Assembly: GCA_963724645.1 (NCBI GenBank)
Contig: CAVRVJ010000003.1
Span: 1,141,074-1,205,073, forward strand
Origin: an uncultured Acidobacteriota bacterium
GTDB lineage: Bacteria > Acidobacteriota > Vicinamibacteria > Vicinamibacterales > SCN-69-37
Length of the DNA stretch: 64,000 nucleotides
Direction: 5' to 3'
Positions 9,853 through 19,596 of the stretch are shown here, one piece after another; positions within the stretch are counted from its first letter, which is position 1; every line of letters begins with the position of its first letter. A model generated the notes under the pieces. The model did not search any database, was not told where the DNA came from, and saw nothing but the letters and a program-made list of their open reading frames with translations. The position numbers and the translations under genes are program-made.

Positions 9853-10755
9853 ATGAGACGACTTCTGACCTTTGTCGCCGCCGCCGCGTTCTTTGCCGCG
9901 TCGGCCGCCGCAGCGCCGTTCGCGCAAGGCGCCTGGAAGCAGCTCTTCAACGGCAAGGACTTCACCGGCTGGACGGTCGGCGGCGGTCAGGGCAACGGCT
10001 TCGGCGTCGCGGCCCGGGCGGCCGGCGCTGGCGCCCGGGCAGGCGGCGGCGCGGCCGCGCAAGCACCCGCCACGCCTCCGGCACCACTGTCAACGAATCC
10101 CGCCGACCGGGGCTGGGCCATCGAGAACGGAGTGATTACGAGCGCGCCGGTACAAGGGGGCGGACGCGGCAGCACGTTGACGACCGTGGACAAGTTCCAC
10201 GACTTCGAGCTCGAGCTCGACTACAAACTCGACGAGGCGCCGAACGTGGAATGCACGCCAAAGCTCGGCGAGAAGATGAACGCCCGGTCGGGCCAGATGG
10301 CGCAGGAACAGAACATGAGCAAGGACGCCGCCTGCGTCGCCAATAGTGGCATCTACTTCCGCAGCGGCTACCAGCTCAACCTCGGCCGCCGCGAGGCGGG
10401 CGAGTACGTCGGCGTGGTCATGCACCGTGTGATTCCTGGTGAGTCGATTCGCGGGAACGTCGACTGGCTCTCGACCGGGGATTGCGGCGCGAAGAACCAC
10501 ACCTACCTCCAGGATTGCAGCCAGTTCCCGGAGATACGCAAGAAGAACGACTGGAATCACCTGCGCGTGATGTTCAAGGACGACCGCCTGCAGATCTGGA
10601 TGAACGACAAGCAGATTACCGACGTGACCGATAAGCCGATGGCTGGTGAAGAGAGTTGGGTGGAACCCGCGCCGATTTCATTCCAGCCCTTCGGCGAAGC
10701 GGGCGGATTCGTTGGCAAGGTGCAATTCAGGAATCTGCGCATCCGGACGTTGTAA
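9853..10755 (+). CDS. DUF1080-domain secreted protein, copy 2 (tandem paralog)
   Basis: Signal MRRLLTFVAAAAFFAASAAAAPFAQG followed by the same motif series as copy 1. It has a longer Gly/Ala/Arg insertion (GGGQGNGFGVAARAAGAGARAGGGAAAQAPATPPAP) after GWTV. It shares the upstream string gaggtactga(c/t)atg with copy 1. Confidence 0.8.
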   Translation: MRRLLTFVAAAAFFAASAAAAPFAQGAWKQLFNGKDFTGWTVGGGQGNGFGVAARAAGAGARAGGGAAAQAPATPPAPLSTNPADRGWAIENGVITSAPVQGGGRGSTLTTVDKFHDFELELDYKLDEAPNVECTPKLGEKMNARSGQMAQEQNMSKDAACVANSGIYFRSGYQLNLGRREAGEYVGVVMHRVIPGESIRGNVDWLSTGDCGAKNHTYLQDCSQFPEIRKKNDWNHLRVMFKDDRLQIWMNDKQITDVTDKPMAGEESWVEPAPISFQPFGEAGGFVGKVQFRNLRIRTL

Positions 10756-10778
10756 CAGCCGCCTTGGAGTTGGGGTCA

Positions 10779-10815
10779 GAGGCTCGGGGCTTGCGGCGTC
10801 GCAGTCCCGAGCCTC
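10779..10815 (+). terminator. stem-loop downstream of DUF1080 copy 2 (possible terminator)
   Basis: gaggctcggg (10779-10788) pairs with cccgagcctc (10806-10815), with a 17-nt loop that can form a small inner stem. The trailing sequence is only weakly T-rich. Confidence 0.4.
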
Positions 10816-10899
10816 AACTTCTTGAACGCGCTCAGCAGTTCCAGTCCCGCCGCGAGACCCGCCAGAATCAATTCCCAAGAGAAACGTGGCTCCTGGGGC

Positions 10900-10945
10900 C
10901 ACACCTCCTTTCACCACACCTCCTTTCACTTGACAATAAAGTGAA
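10900..10945 (+). promoter_or_regulatory. candidate padR promoter/operator: tandem 15-bp direct repeat plus 7-bp palindrome overlapping a TTGACA
   Basis: cacacctcctttcac occurs twice in tandem (10900-10914 and 10915-10929). TTCACTT-gacaata-AAGTGAA spans 10925-10945 and overlaps TTGACA at 10930-10935. A further tcactt half-site sits at 10973-10978, just before the ATG at 10981. Confidence 0.5.
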
Positions 10946-10980
10946 GCCGGGAGAGACTCGCCAGGGGGGACCTCACTTGC

Positions 10981-11328
10981 ATGTCTAGTGATCACAAGGA
11001 GACCGTCGAACTCCTCCAGGGAACGCTGGACCTGATCGTGCTGCGCGCGCTCCAGACCATGGGACCACAGCACGCCTACGGGCTGGCCGCGCGGCTCGAA
11101 CAGGTCTCCGAGAACCCTCTCCGCCTCAACCAGGGCACGCTGTATCCGGCACTGGTCAGGCTGGAGCAGAAGGGCTGGATCAAGGGCACGTGGCAACGAA
11201 CCGACACGAACCGTGAAGCCAAGTACTACGCGATCACGAGCGCCGGCCTTCGCGCGCTGGGCAAGCAGACAGAGCGCTGGCGCCGCCTGGCCGGCCTGGT
11301 CGACAGACTGCTCCTGAACGAGCCGTAG
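10981..11328 (+). CDS. PadR-family transcriptional regulator
   Basis: Intact 115 aa. LLQGTLDLIVLRAL...HAYGL...LNQGTLYPALVRLEQKGWI...W....N.EAKYY.IT..G is the classic PadR winged-helix signature. It sits 6 nt upstream of the permease gene, the arrangement typical of Acidobacteria. Confidence 0.9.
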   Translation: MSSDHKETVELLQGTLDLIVLRALQTMGPQHAYGLAARLEQVSENPLRLNQGTLYPALVRLEQKGWIKGTWQRTDTNREAKYYAITSAGLRALGKQTERWRRLAGLVDRLLLNEP

Positions 11329-11334
11329 AAGTCG

Positions 11335-14000
11335 ATGCGGCGTTTCCTTTCTCGGCTCTATCGTCTGGTTTGGCCGGCCCCGGCCGAATCAGATCTCTCC
11401 AGGGAACTCGCCTCTCATCTCACGCTCATCGAAGACGATCTGCGACGTCGCGGCGCCACGCCCGAGCAAGCGCACCGCGCGGCGCGCCTCGCCCTGGGCG
11501 GCGTCGAGCAGACCAAGGAGCTGCATCGCGACGCCCGCTCGTTCGTCTGGATAGAGGATGCACGTCGCGATTGCCGCCACGCCGTGCGGTTGCTGCGACG
11601 CCAACCGCTATTCACGTTGACGGCGACCTTGTCCCTCGCCATTGGCATCGGCGCCAACACCACGATCTTCACCGTGGCCAACGCCCTGCTCTTCCGGTCG
11701 CCAACCGGCGTCGCCGAACCGCGGCGGCTGGTCGACATCGGTCGAAGCCAGGGCGGCGGCGGCATCAACCCGATCTCCTATCCAAACTATCTCGACACGC
11801 GCGCACGCACGGCTGCTCTCGCCGGACTCTACGCCTACTCGATGTTTCCGCATGCTCTGAGTTTCGGCCCCGCCATCGCCACGGGAAATGCCGAGCGCGT
11901 CTTCGGCACCTGGGTGACGAACAACTACTTCGCCGTCCTTGGCGCCGTTCCTGCGGCCGGCCGATTGATCAGCCCAACCGACAGCGACCGCCCGGGCGCG
12001 AGTCCGGTCGTCGTGCTCAGTCATGGGTTCTGGATCGCCGATTCAACAGGGATCGGTCGATCGTCGGACGAACGATCGCTCTCGACCGGCGGCCGTTTAC
12101 GGTGATCGGCGTCGCCGCCGAAGGTTTCCAGGGGACGGGCGTTCGCGCGGGAGACGTCTGGCTCCCCGTGAGCATGATCGCCGACGCAAGGGGTCAGTCA
12201 CCGCCGATGCTCTCCAATCGCGGATCGGGCTGGCTGCTGGTGGGCGGCCGGTTGCAGCCTGGTGTCTCGATCGACCGGGCCGCGGCCGAGATGGACGGGA
12301 TCGGCCGCATCCTCGAGCGAGAATACCCAACCGAGAATCAGCACTTCGCGCTCCAGGTTCTGCCCTTATCTCCGGCGCCGGGCAACAACGGACCGATTGC
12401 GATATTTCTGGTGCTGCTCGCGGCGATCGTCTCGACGGTGCTCGCCATCGCCTGCGCCAACGTCGCAGGCCTGCTCACCGCGCGCGCCGCCGTCCGCCGT
12501 CGAGAGATCGCCGTGCGTATCGCGATCGGCGCGGGCCGCTCGCGGCTGATCCGGCAACTCCTGATCGAAACCGTCGTCCTGTTTGCGTTCGGAGGAGCGA
12601 TCGGTCTGGTCATGGCGAGAGGAATGACGTCGCTGTTCGTCTCCCTGCTTCCGGCGCTACCTTTTCCTGTCGCGGTGTCGCTTCCGCTCGACCTCAGTGC
12701 CGTCGCGTTCACCGCGGGAATCGTCTTCGGGGCCGCCCTGCTGGCCGGTCTCGCACCGGCCGTGCACGCGTCGAAAGCCGACGTTGTGACCGCGATCAAA
12801 GGCGAGCCACAAGCGGGCGGCCGGCTCTGGCTTCGTCAGGCATTCGTGATCGCACAGGTCGCCCTGAGTATCGTGTTGGTGGTCGTGGCGGGCCTGTTCG
12901 TGCGCGCGCTTCAGCGCGTCGGCTCGATGGATCCCGGCTTCGATCCGAGAGGCGTGGAACTCGCGCCTGTTGATCTGCCGCTGGCGGGCATCCCGAAGGG
13001 GACCGCTCCACTGGTGGCGCGCGACTTGGTGGATAGAGTCCGCCGGGCACCGCACGTGCAGAGCGCGACAATCGCGGCCGTGCTGCCCGGCGGCTTCGAG
13101 GGGATCGGCCTCGGCGGTCTCGGTGCGCCTGGCGTGACGGCGCCAGACGGATCACGCTTCATGTCGGCGGACTGGAACATCGTCGAACCGGGCTACTTCA
13201 CGACCCTGCGAATCCCAATCCTTGCCGGCCGCGATTTCACAGCCGCGGATGACGCCGCTTCTCCGAAGGTCGCCGTGATCGGTGAGGGAATCGCGCGCCG
13301 GTTCTGGCCCGGTGAGGAGGCCATCGGCAAACATCTGGTGCGGCGGGATTCAGGCGTCACGACCGACCTGCTCGTCGTCGGCGTCGCCCGGGATCCGAAG
13401 TTCGGCAGTCTGATCGACAGCACGACGGGTCTCTTCGTGTTCCTGCCTCTTCAGCAGGAGTACTGCCAGGCTGGACGACGATCGTGGCGCGATCGACTGA
13501 TGGACGGCGCATTGCGGACGAGATCAGGACGGCTGTGCTGTCGGAAGACCCGAATCTCTTCCTGGGACCACCGCAGACCGCGGAGGAGTACGCCTCGATT
13601 GGACTGTTGCCGCAGCGGGTAGCCGCCTCAGTTTGCCGGCAGTCTTGGCGTGGTCGGTTTGCTGCTGGCGGCCATCGGGATCCACGGCGTCGTCGCGTAC
13701 GGCGTCACCCAGCGAACGCGTGAAATCGGCATTCGGATCGCTCTAGGTGCCAGGCCGTTCGATATGCTCGCCATGATCCTGAAGCACGGGATGTCCTTCA
13801 CGACCATCGGCACGGTGATCGGACTGGCCCTCGCCGCCGCAGCGAGCCGCCTGCTGTCGAGTCTTCTCTTCGGCGTTCCGCCAATCGACCCCGTCACGTT
13901 TTCAGGAGCGGCAGTGCTGTTCGCCGTTATCGGCCTCGCCGCGTGCTATTTCCCCGCCCGCCGGGGGACGCGGATCGATCCGATGACCGCGCTGAAGTAA
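11335..14000 (+). pseudogene. ADOP-type duplicated FtsX/MacB-like ABC permease, 3 frameshifts
   Basis: N-terminus MRRFLSRLYRL...ESDLSRELASHL...D.ARRDCRHAVRLLRRQPLFTLTATLSLAIGIGANT. Frames change near 12032 (VVVLSHGFW / RRFNRDRSIVGRTIALDRRPFTVIGV), near 13458 (LPLQQE / LPGWTTIVARSTDGRRIADEIR) and near 13625 (LLPQRVAA / FAGSLGVVGLLLAAIGIHGV). It ends TQRTREIGIRIALGA...ARRGTRIDPMTALK*, the FtsX signature. Confidence 0.8.
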
Positions 14001-14050
14001 GGTCGGTCAGGCTCCGAACCGCGCCCCAAGGTCCACGTTTCGACCCCTGA

Positions 14051-14986
14051 TCACACCTTGAGCTGCTTCAGGAACGGCACGCTGGCCTTGGCGAGCTCGA
14101 AGTTCTGCTCGACGAAGAAGTTCTTCACGCCGCCGACTTTGGCCGCCTGGAACGTCTTGACCCAATCGATGCTGCCCTGCCCGATCGGCTTCTGCGGCCG
14201 GCCGCCACCCCGGCCGGCTCGACCCGCTGGCGCGCCCGGCGCAGGAGGCGGCGGAGGCGCTACCGGTGCGTTCATGTCGAGATCCTGGAGATGCATCGAG
14301 ACGAAGCGGCCCGGATATTTCGTGAAGTAGTCCGCCGCGACCAGGCCGCTCGTGATCGTGGACATCTGGAACTGGAATTTCACCAGCTTCGGATCGAGAT
14401 AGTCCGCCAGCATGATGTCGAAGACCCGTTTCCCATCGACCATCGACAACTCGAAGCCCTCGGTATGCAACCCTTGCTGGAGGCCTGCCTTGGCGGACAT
14501 TTCCGCGGCCTTGTTGTACTCGGCGGCCAGCCGCTTGACGTCATCCAGCGTTCCATTCCGCGGGCCATCCAGACTCGGCACGCAGATCTGGCTCAAGCCA
14601 CGGTCCTTCGCCCACTGAATGATCTTCGGCACTTCTTCACCTCGACACTCCGTCATGTCGACGTGCGCGCTCACCGCCTTCAGTCCGAGATCGCCGAGGA
14701 TCTTCTGAATCTCGGCGCCGGTGTATTTCTCCATGTCGGCCAGGCCGAAGTTGTGCTTGTTGTACCAGGGTGACAGGAGCTCCACAGTCTGGAAGCCGGC
14801 ATCCGCCACCAGTTTCATCGTGCCGCGAAAGTCGGTGTCGATCATCTTCGCGAGCGGAAAGATCTGAATGCCGATCGGCCAATCGTACGGGCTCGCGCGA
14901 AGCTCGGCGATGGTAGAAGCGAAGCCCGCAACCGCGACGCCGGTCGCAGTCTGCTTGAAAAAGTCTCGACGTGAGATCGGGGACAT
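14051..14986 (-). CDS. Tat-exported xylose-isomerase-like TIM-barrel protein (sugar phosphate isomerase/epimerase family), paralog 1
   Basis: ATG at 14986 is preceded by AAGGAG. The Tat motif is MSPISRRDFFKQTATGVAVAGFA. TIM-barrel-family segments include GFQTVEL, KAVSAHVDM and FFVEQ. The ORF-track N-terminal extension to 15289 is Arg-rich and was not used. A Pro/Gly/Arg insertion (NAPVAPPPPPAPGAPAGRAGRGGGRPQKPIGQG) lies before SIDW. Confidence 0.8.
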   Translation of the reverse strand: MSPISRRDFFKQTATGVAVAGFASTIAELRASPYDWPIGIQIFPLAKMIDTDFRGTMKLVADAGFQTVELLSPWYNKHNFGLADMEKYTGAEIQKILGDLGLKAVSAHVDMTECRGEEVPKIIQWAKDRGLSQICVPSLDGPRNGTLDDVKRLAAEYNKAAEMSAKAGLQQGLHTEGFELSMVDGKRVFDIMLADYLDPKLVKFQFQMSTITSGLVAADYFTKYPGRFVSMHLQDLDMNAPVAPPPPPAPGAPAGRAGRGGGRPQKPIGQGSIDWVKTFQAAKVGGVKNFFVEQNFELAKASVPFLKQLKV

Positions 14987-15077
14987 AGAGCTCCTTGAAG
15001 AGAAAGGCTGCAAGCCTGCGAGCCCGCAGGCCTGGCGAGTCTGGACGCTGGACGTTAGCAAGGCTGGGAGCCTGAAA

Positions 15078-15117
15078 GCAAGAAAAGGCCGGAAGGCTGG
15101 GATTCCGTGTCCCAGCC
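15078..15117 (-). terminator. possible intrinsic terminator after TIM-barrel paralog 2
   Basis: 8-bp stem ggctggga / tcccagcc (15095-15102 / 15110-15117), 7-nt loop. On the minus strand it is followed by ttccggccttttcttgcttt. Confidence 0.45.
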
Positions 15118-15177
15118 CTCCAGCCTCTGTGTCATCCGCCGGCAGGCCCGCCCGCCGGCTTGCGGCCTTGCAGTTTT

Positions 15178-16290
15178 CTACGTCAGCGTCTTCAGATACG
15201 CGGCGCTCTTCACCGTCAATTCCCACGCCTGCTCGATGAAGAAGTTCTTCATGCCGCCGATCTTCGCGGCCGCAAAGACGGCCGGCCAATCGACAGTGTC
15301 TTCACCCACCGAGAGACCACGACCGCGGCCGCCCGCCGGTGCTCCGGCCGCGCCCGCGGCGCCAGCTGCGGCGCCGCCGCCCATCGCTGCGCCACCGCCT
15401 GCTCGAGCGCCCGCTGCGGGAGCGCCGGCCGCGGGAGCCCCAGCAGCGGCCGCACCGGCCGCAGGCGCTGCGGCGCGCCCGCCCCCACCAGCACCGCGGC
15501 CCGCCGGCGCATTCTTGTCCGGCAGCGGCGGCAGCGCGGCCGCTCGCATCCCCTGACCTGCGTCCACGCCCTGCATGTGCGCCGACCAGAACCGGCCAGG
15601 ATAGATCGTGAAATACGAGATCGGGTTGCCCACGCTGGTCATCGATGACATCTGGAACTGCATCCCGACGAGCGCCGGATCGAGATGCTCGATCAGAATC
15701 GGGTACGTCATCCGGCCGTCCGCCGTGCGCGAGTTGCAGAAGCCCTCGTTGTGTAACACCTGCAGTAGACCGGCCCCCTTCGACACCTTGGCGATGGCGT
15801 TGTACTCGTCGGCGGCTTCTTTAATCCAATCGACGGTAGTCCAGTTGCCCGTCATGCGTGTCTGGCCGTCCTTCGTGACGTTGCCGAGATCCGCGGTGGA
15901 CAGTTGCGTCAATCCGACGTCATGTGCCCAGTTCAGCACGTCCTTGTGCTGTGTCCGGTAGATCTTGATGCCCACGTGGCAGCTGATTGCCTTGACGCCC
16001 GCGTCGTCAAGCATCTTCTTGGTCGTCTTGCCATCCATCAGGCTCTTGAAGCTCGCATAGTTCCACGGATCGCAGAGCTCGACCTGATCGATGCCGATCG
16101 CCTTCATGTCCTTCATCAGCTGGGCAAACTCACCGGCCTGGATCCGCGTTTGATGCGGATACGTCTGGCTGCCGATCGGAATGCCGAGCGGATTGGCCTT
16201 GAGCTTCGCGACCTGCGATGCCAGCACGCTCATCGCGATCGCGCTGGCCCCGCTCTTCTTGAAGAAATCCCGTCTGGATATGACCAACAT
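15178..16290 (-). CDS. Tat-exported xylose-isomerase-like TIM-barrel protein, paralog 2, with a long Gly/Ala-rich insertion of several dozen residues
   Basis: ATG at 16290 follows GGAGAGGGAGAGG (a TTG at 16308 is also possible). The Tat motif is MLVISRRDFFKKSGASAIAMSVLA. It shares IPIGSQTYPH, IDQVELC, KAISCH, FQMS and NFFIEQ with paralogs 1 and 3. The insertion is AAALPPLPDKNAPAGRGAGGGGRAAAPAAGAAAAGAPAAGAPAAGARAGGGAAMGGGAAAGAAGAAGAPAGGRGRG. Confidence 0.8.
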   Translation of the reverse strand: MLVISRRDFFKKSGASAIAMSVLASQVAKLKANPLGIPIGSQTYPHQTRIQAGEFAQLMKDMKAIGIDQVELCDPWNYASFKSLMDGKTTKKMLDDAGVKAISCHVGIKIYRTQHKDVLNWAHDVGLTQLSTADLGNVTKDGQTRMTGNWTTVDWIKEAADEYNAIAKVSKGAGLLQVLHNEGFCNSRTADGRMTYPILIEHLDPALVGMQFQMSSMTSVGNPISYFTIYPGRFWSAHMQGVDAGQGMRAAALPPLPDKNAPAGRGAGGGGRAAAPAAGAAAAGAPAAGAPAAGARAGGGAAMGGGAAAGAAGAAGAPAGGRGRGLSVGEDTVDWPAVFAAAKIGGMKNFFIEQAWELTVKSAAYLKTLT

Positions 16291-16580
16291 GTGCCTCTCC
16301 CTCTCCAAAAGTCACAGAACCAGCAAACTCCCCCCGGATCCCGAGATTGTCCCGGGACGGCGGGCCGAGATCAAGAAGAATCCGGTCTGGCTCCAGCAGC
16401 CCGTAGTGCAGGTGCGACTGCATTCGACCCGCGCTGCATCCCGCCTGGCGGCCGGCCGAGGGGCGCCGCGCATGGCCGCGCACAGACCCGGCGGAGTGCC
16501 GCCGGCCACGCGCCTGCCGCCCCCGCGGCCCTTGCCGCGCCCAACGGTCGCGCCGTCAGCCGACTTCGTCGGCAGGGCGC

Positions 16581-16616
16581 AAGAGAAAGGCCGCCAGTCC
16601 AAAAGGACGGCGGCCC
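16581..16616 (-). terminator. rho-independent terminator of the 16666..19525 gene
   Basis: ggccgcc (16589-16595) pairs with ggcggcc (16609-16615), 13-nt loop. On the minus strand the stem is followed by tttctctt. Confidence 0.6.
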
Positions 16617-16665
16617 AAGAAGTTCGATAGTCAAGCGTGGACCTATCTTGGCCACTTACGCGGTT

Positions 16666-19525
16666 CTACTTCCCCGCCCCGGTTTCGTACAACCGCATGT
16701 TGGTCATCGACCAGCTCGGCGCGCCATCGACGGTGTCCGTCTCGGTGATGCGTACGAACTTGGCGCGCACTGGCGCAAAGGTGATCGTCGTGTGCGGTCC
16801 CGCTCCCTTGCCTTCGGCGACCGGCTTGCCCCAGGCTGTGCCGTTCATCGAAACTTCGACGCGGTAGCCGCGGGGATACGGCACGACCGGCGGTGCGGCC
16901 GGCGTCGCCGCGCCGCGCGCACCGCCACCACCGCCTCGGCCCGCCGCCGGCGAATCGAATTCGATCTCGGTCAGCATCACTGGTTGCGGCAGTTCGAGCT
17001 GAAACCACATCCCTGGTGCTTGCGGCGCCCCTGAAGTCCACGTGCTCATCGTCAACGCGACGGGCGCGCTCGTGGAATTGTGACTCGCCGTGACTTTCCA
17101 GGCCGGATCGCTCTCGATCCGCCGCGGCAGCGTGGCTTCCAGGTCCGGCAGCGTCCAGGGTGTCTTGCGATTGGCGGTCGCCGCCCGCACGCGCGCGACG
17201 TCGGCGGGCGTGACAAAGCCGCCCGCGTTCCCGAAACTCGTGCGGATGTATGACGCAACTGCCGCGATCCACTGGTCGTTGTTGGTGCCCATCGGCACCA
17301 TCACTTCCGAATAGCTCGACGTCCCCAGCGGCCCGGTCAATCCCTTCAACAACGTTTTGATCACGTAGTCGCGATGTCCATTGACGCGTGGCGATCCGGC
17401 CAGCGGCGGCGCCATCATCGCACCGGTGGTCGTGCCCGCCAGGGGCCGGCCGCGCCCATCTTCGTTGTGACATGTGAAGCAGAGAGATCCGTAGACCTCT
17501 CCGCCCTGCTGAATCTGCTGTTGCTGCTCCGGCGTCAGCACCGGGCCGCCGCGGCCGCCGCCACGGCCAGCCGGCGGTGCGAGCATCAGATCGCCGAGCG
17601 TCTTCACGCCGCGCCCGCTGTTGGCGGCCTGCGCAGTCTTCACGACGTCGGCGATATCCGGCACCTTCAGCGCATTGAGCGTGAACATGGCCTGTATCAC
17701 GACGTCAGGATCCGCGTCCTTGAGGAGCGCCCGATAGTCCGTCTCGAGCGAGCGCGTGCCGGACTTGTAGAGCGTCTCGCTCGCGCGAATCGCCTGCACC
17801 CGCATACGCGGGCTCGGATCCTTCATCTCTTCCCGCACGAGCGCGGCGTCCAGCGCGCCCAGCCCCTCGAGCGTCCACATCGCGTGGAACCGCCCGACCA
17901 GGCTGCTCGAGCTGCGCGTCATCTGCTGCAAGGCCGGCACCACCGACTTGTCCTGCTTGAGCACCAGCAGCCGCTGCGCAGTGTCTCGCCACCAGCCGAT
18001 CGGGTTCGTGAGGTGCGCGACCAGCTGCGCGGGCGTCTCGTCGCTCATGTGCGGCCAGGTCTTGTTCAATTCGATGCCCGGCACGTCCGGCCGGGTCGGA
18101 GCCGACGCCGGCGCCGTCCCGGGAATTCCCACGAAGACCAGCCGCCAGACGCGCCCGTGGTTGGTGACTTTGTCCAGCCCGTACTGCTCGATCTTCGTGC
18201 GCAGGTACGTTCCCGCGGCCGGTCCAGTTCACGTCCTGCATGATTCCCTGATACCAATCGAGGATGTAGAGTGCGCCGTCCGGCCCTTGCTTTATGTTGA
18301 TGGGGCGGAACAACGGATCGGTGCTGACCATGAACTCCGCACCGGGGTACACATTCTTGAGCTGCGTCAGCCCTTCGCTCCTGGTCACCTTCGCGCGGCG
18401 GATCAGCCGTCCGACGAAGTCGCAGAACAGCAGATCCCCGTTCATGTCGGCCGGATAGCGATCGCTTCGCACGATCTCCGGCGCGGCCGACGACGTGAGG
18501 TGGTTCAGGTTGTTGAAGGGCATGCGCACGCGCGGCGCGCCGCCCTGCATGTCGCCGATACCTGGCGCCGGATACACGATCTCGAATCCCGGCTCGAGCT
18601 GGTCCGGCGTGTTGTAGGCGCCGTACTGGATCGGCACCTCGAACGCCACGGGACCCCGCTCGCCGCCCGAATTGACGAACCACATCTTGCCGTCGTCGTC
18701 CATGCTCAGGCCCCACTCAGCGCCGCTCGATCCCGACGGCTCCCGGACGATCCCGTTCGGCGTCCAGCGGATGCGGAATGCGTTGTACGTGCTGTAGATC
18801 CAGTTGTCGAGCCCCCAGATGAGGCCGCTCTGCTCGTGCTGGACATTGCCGTCCCGTCCGCTGCCAACGCCCGTGAAGAACACCTGCCGCTTGTCAGCCA
18901 CGCCGTCGCCATTGGTGTCGGTCAGCAGGACCAGATCGTCCGAGTGCGTCTCGTTGATCAGGATGCCCTTCTCGAGGGGCAGGACCATGCGCGGCAGCAG
19001 GAGGTGATCGGCGAACACCGTATGCCGATCGAACTTGCCGTCGTGTTTGGTACTCTCGTGCATGCTCACGCGGCTGATCGGATCGAGCTGGCCGGTCGCG
19101 TCGGCGTCGCGCATGAACGTCCGCATCTCCGCAATGTAGAGCCGCCCGTCGCCGTCGAAGGCCATCGCCGCCGGACTGATGACGTCCTTGTCCTCGAGCA
19201 CGAGTTCCACGCGGTAGCCGGGAGGAAGGATGAAATGTCTGGCTTCCTCCTCTGGCGACAGCGCGACGATCGCGGGTTTCGGCGAAAAATCGATGCCGGC
19301 GTTGGCCGGATCGCCAACCATCTGGCCGCCCGCACTGCCGATGGACGGACCGCGGCCGCCCGGCTGAACGGTCCCTCGGCCGCCGCCGCGGCCGCCCGCG
19401 GGGGCCGCCGGGGGTTGGCCTTCCTGCGGCGCGTCTTGCGTGAACACGCGGAGCTGCAGACTGGTCGCGACGAGCGCCGCCGCGCAAGCGGCGGTCAGCC
19501 AGAAATACCGGGATTTCGCTGCCAT
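16666..19525 (-). pseudogene. PVC-type dehydrogenase-domain / HEAT / cytochrome c / F5/8-type-C (discoidin)-like protein, one frameshift near 18210-18222
   Basis: The ORF 17705..19525 frame carries the signal MAAKSRYFWLTAACAAALVA, then LPPGYRVELV, DGDGRLYIAEM, TNGDGVADK and PDGALYILDWYQGIMQDVNWTG. The ORF 16666..18132 frame extends upstream as AAGTYLRTKIEQYGLDKVTNHGRVWRLVF. It continues with HEAT-like repeats, GEVYGSLCFTCHNEDG (CxxCH) and a C-terminal MWFQLELPQPVMLTEIEFD...YRVEVSMNGTAWGKPV...AKFVRITE jelly-roll. Confidence 0.75.
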
Positions 19526-19596
19526 GGGGCCTTTCTCAGAAGCGGCTCGGAGCCGCGGAGAATGTTATGCGGGCCGCGGGCGGCTTGCAAGAACGC

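Noticed and set aside
14987-15289. N-terminal extensions offered by the ORF track for several genes: 14051..15289, 35608..37191, 39011..40546, 42406..44505, 49140..49931, 8108..8830 and 8775..9752.
   Set aside because: The extensions are Arg-rich and non-hydrophobic, and they often overlap the upstream gene. Internal starts are preceded by GGAG-type sites and immediately encode Tat or Sec signal peptides.
16309-16665. A hidden small gene or RNA gene (tRNA or sRNA) in the 350-bp intergenic gap. The other larger gaps were also checked: 22225-22444, 44434-44661, 53252-53452 and 55352-55602.
   Set aside because: I could not recognise tRNA cloverleaf features or conserved rRNA strings. ORFs there (for example 16312..16602 -) are Arg/Gly-rich with no start context. 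Only hairpins were noted: the terminator at 16581-16616, a GC stem at 53390-53415, and cctgccggc/gccggcagg at ~44593-44616.
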